A program made the translations under genes and the position numbers. A DNA stretch of 64,000 bases from Takakia lepidozioides (lineage: Eukaryota; Plantae; Bryophyta). Below, in pieces: positions 61,465-64,000 of the stretch (positions are counted from its first letter, which is position 1; each line of letters starts with the position of its first letter). The notes beneath the pieces are model-generated. The model worked only from the letters and a program-made list of their open reading frames with translations, had not been told where the DNA came from and made no database searches. The stretch spans positions 28,396,001 through 28,460,000 of the forward strand of contig CM060734.1 in NCBI GenBank assembly GCA_030704615.1, written 5' to 3'.

Positions 61465-64000
61465 TAGTGCATAGGCCTTACACCCAAAGACTCTAAGATG
61501 TGAGATGTTTGGTTTTATTCCAGTCCATATCTCTATCGGTGTTTTGTTTTCCTGTATGGCTGTAGTGGGTGACCTATTTTGAAGATAATTAACAGTCATA
61601 AAAGCTTCTCCCCAGAAAGAATTGGGTAGATTAGAATGATGCAACATAGAAAGTACTGCCTCCATGAGAGTCCTATTCTTTCTCTCGGACACACCATTTT
61701 GTTGTGGTGTACTGGCTACTGTGAATTGTCTTTTTATTCCACTACTTTGACATAATAGATTAAACTCCGTAGATGTGTACTCTCCACCTCCATAAGCCCG
61801 AAGAACTTTTATTTTCTTGTTTACTTGATTTTCTACAAGTATTTTATACTGTTTAAATCGCTCAAATGCGTCAGACTTATGCCTTAATAAATAAATGACT
61901 GTGACAGATCATCTATAAAAGTTATAAAATACTTATATCCATTTTGTGTTGCAGTTTGCATCGGTCCACATATATCTGTATGTATAAGGCCTAGAATTTC
62001 TGTAGCTCTAGTGCCTCCTTCTATAGGAAATTTCTCTTTATGTTGTTTACCCGAGATGCAGTCACTACATAAAGTTAGTTGATTAACATCTATAGTATTT
62101 AACCCCTCACCATTGAGTTAGTTTGCAATTGCTGCATCCTTGCTTGACTTATATGTCCTAATCTATTGTGCCAAAGGTCAGTTTTGTTTGATTCTAACAC
62201 AGTTGGCATTGTCGTTATTTGATTGCATTCTATTGCAGTTCCTAGTTTATATAAGTCATTCTCACTCTGACAGCTAGCTATAAGGGTTCCTTTTGAATTT
62301 TTAAGGTTGCATCTACCTTCTTTAATAGTCATTTCCCCTCCGCTATGTCTAATTGCTTGACTGAGAACAGATTTTTAATAAGTCCAGGCACATGAAGAAC
62401 ATTGGGTACTTCTTTGCGTTGACCATCACATAGCTGTATGGCAGCAGTCCCTTGGCCCAATATTTCGTGCGTTGTATTGTCTCCCAGATAAACAACCGGT
62501 CCTTTTGGCCACGGCTTGTATGTCAGAAATGTATGTTTGTCATACGCCATATGTTGTGTGGCTCTTGTGTCCACATATCATGTTGAATCCTTGCATTTGC
62601 TTGTGATTAGTGCCGCTACATAAAGTTGGTTACTTTCCACTGCAATATTCCCTTGGTTTATGTTCGGTTTTCTTACAGAAGAAGCACTTCATTTTGAACT
62701 TCTTCTTTCCCTGGTTCGAACTTGAGCCAGAATGAAAACCAGATTCATCTTCTTCTCCCTTTCCCCACGAGGATTACTATATTCATTGGTTTTGCTCTTA
62801 TAGTCATCCATTGACTTCTTCTTCACATACGCAGGCTTCTTTCCCACATATAATGCCGATTTGGAATCTGTAAGAGGACTTAGATTCTTCATCAAAGTCT
62901 CTTCTTGGATCAAATCAGTAATTAAAGATTGAAGATTTAAATTGGGTTGCCTTCCAAGGGAACCTCTCATTAAAGATAATACGGCATCCTCATCTGCTAC
63001 TGGTGAACCAGCAGCGGACAGTTGCTCCAATAATGATCTAAAGATGTGGATGTGTTTGGTGACATTCTCGTGCTCTCCCATCTTAAGGGTTTGCAGCTTG
63101 TCTCTCAAATACATTTTGGTTATAGCGTCTTTAGATTCGTATAATCTCATTAATTCACTCCATGCTCCATGAGCCGATGTACTAGATTGTACGTGGGACA
63201 CTACGCTATTATCCAAACAGTTATTGATTATAGTTAATGAGAGATTATCTCTCTCTTCCCAGTTCACAATACTCCAGCGCCAGTGGCTGGAAGTGCTGCC
63301 TGACCAGCAACAATTTGTGCTGCAGTAGGAGCCACTGGTTTAATCTCTGTTCCTTCGACTAGAGACCATAACTTTTCTGTTTTTAAAAGCAGCGTTACAC
63401 TATGCTCCCATACGTGGAAGTAGGTCCCATCGAATTTGGGAATGTTATTGAGATCACTCTACCGTGAGCTATCCTTCCTTAATTTTAATTGCCTCTACTC
63501 AAGAAACAATTTAATTCCCTCAAGTCTATCTTCCAGGTACTATGAGTTGATGGTCTTCCCGGGCATAATCTACCTATTTCACTAGGTAGGCCTGGAATCA
63601 TTTTATCTTCTAGTTTGACATTCTCCATCACAAGCTCTGATACCATGATAAATCTATTCACATAAGGTACAAGTTAGTAATACATCTACTACTGCTCATC
63701 TTTGCCAGTGAATACAGGATCGATTTATAAGTAGAATGTCACATGGGAGTACTCTCTCATAAAACTCTCGTAGTAATCTTTTCTCTCAGCGTCTCTCTCA
63801 GACTATGATATCTCCAAGTCCTATCTCAATAGATCTCATAATAACCTTTAAGATCTCTGTATCCATTTAGTAAGAGTTTAGTATCCCTAATAACTAACTT
63901 GAGTCATTTATTTCTAACAAAAAAAACATGAAGAAAGTCTAGAAACTTCAACTTGTACTGTCCCTCGTCATCTGTATATGTAGACCCCTTTACCCCATGC
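61465..64000 (-). mobile_element. Ty1/copia element, 5' LTR-PBS-gag-protease-integrase, truncated before RT
   Basis: PBS TGGTATCAGAGC (63634-63645, minus) right after LTR end ...TATCA (63646); copia gag 62689..63267; DTRATQHM protease; LWHNRLGHIS; SERKNRTLME..FWGEA..LRVFGCKAY integrase. Confidence 0.92.

Overview
Eukaryotic, repeat-dense window, most consistent with an early-diverging land plant (tRNA-iMet-primed LTR elements, GT-AG introns, plant PANK2, PLS-type PPR remnants; species not determinable). Left third: two copies of a large Mutator-like (MULE) DNA transposon. The complete copy (3089-17197, 9-bp TSD GATATCTTG) carries a DDE transposase, a degenerate multi-exon gene combining a ParB/Srx-like domain with a beta-class N4C/N6A methyltransferase-like domain, a head-to-head pair of paralogous orphan genes, and helically phased arrays of a 22-bp palindrome (GGAAATGCGGnnCCGCATTTCC) that also recurs in that gene's introns. 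Middle: a truncated Ty3/gypsy element, then two copies (plus one fragment) of a Ty3/gypsy family encoding a DNMT3-like cytosine methyltransferase inside pol and a PHD finger after integrase, bounded by split direct repeats (A...B-A-B) instead of ordinary LTRs. Right third: a choline-transporter-like pseudogene, a hAT-type non-autonomous element, an almost intron-free PANK2 gene, orphan ORFs with PPR remnants, a decayed LINE, a truncated Ty1/copia element. Four copies of a tRNA-derived SINE are scattered through the window. All calls are by-eye motif and repeat recognition; no searches were run.
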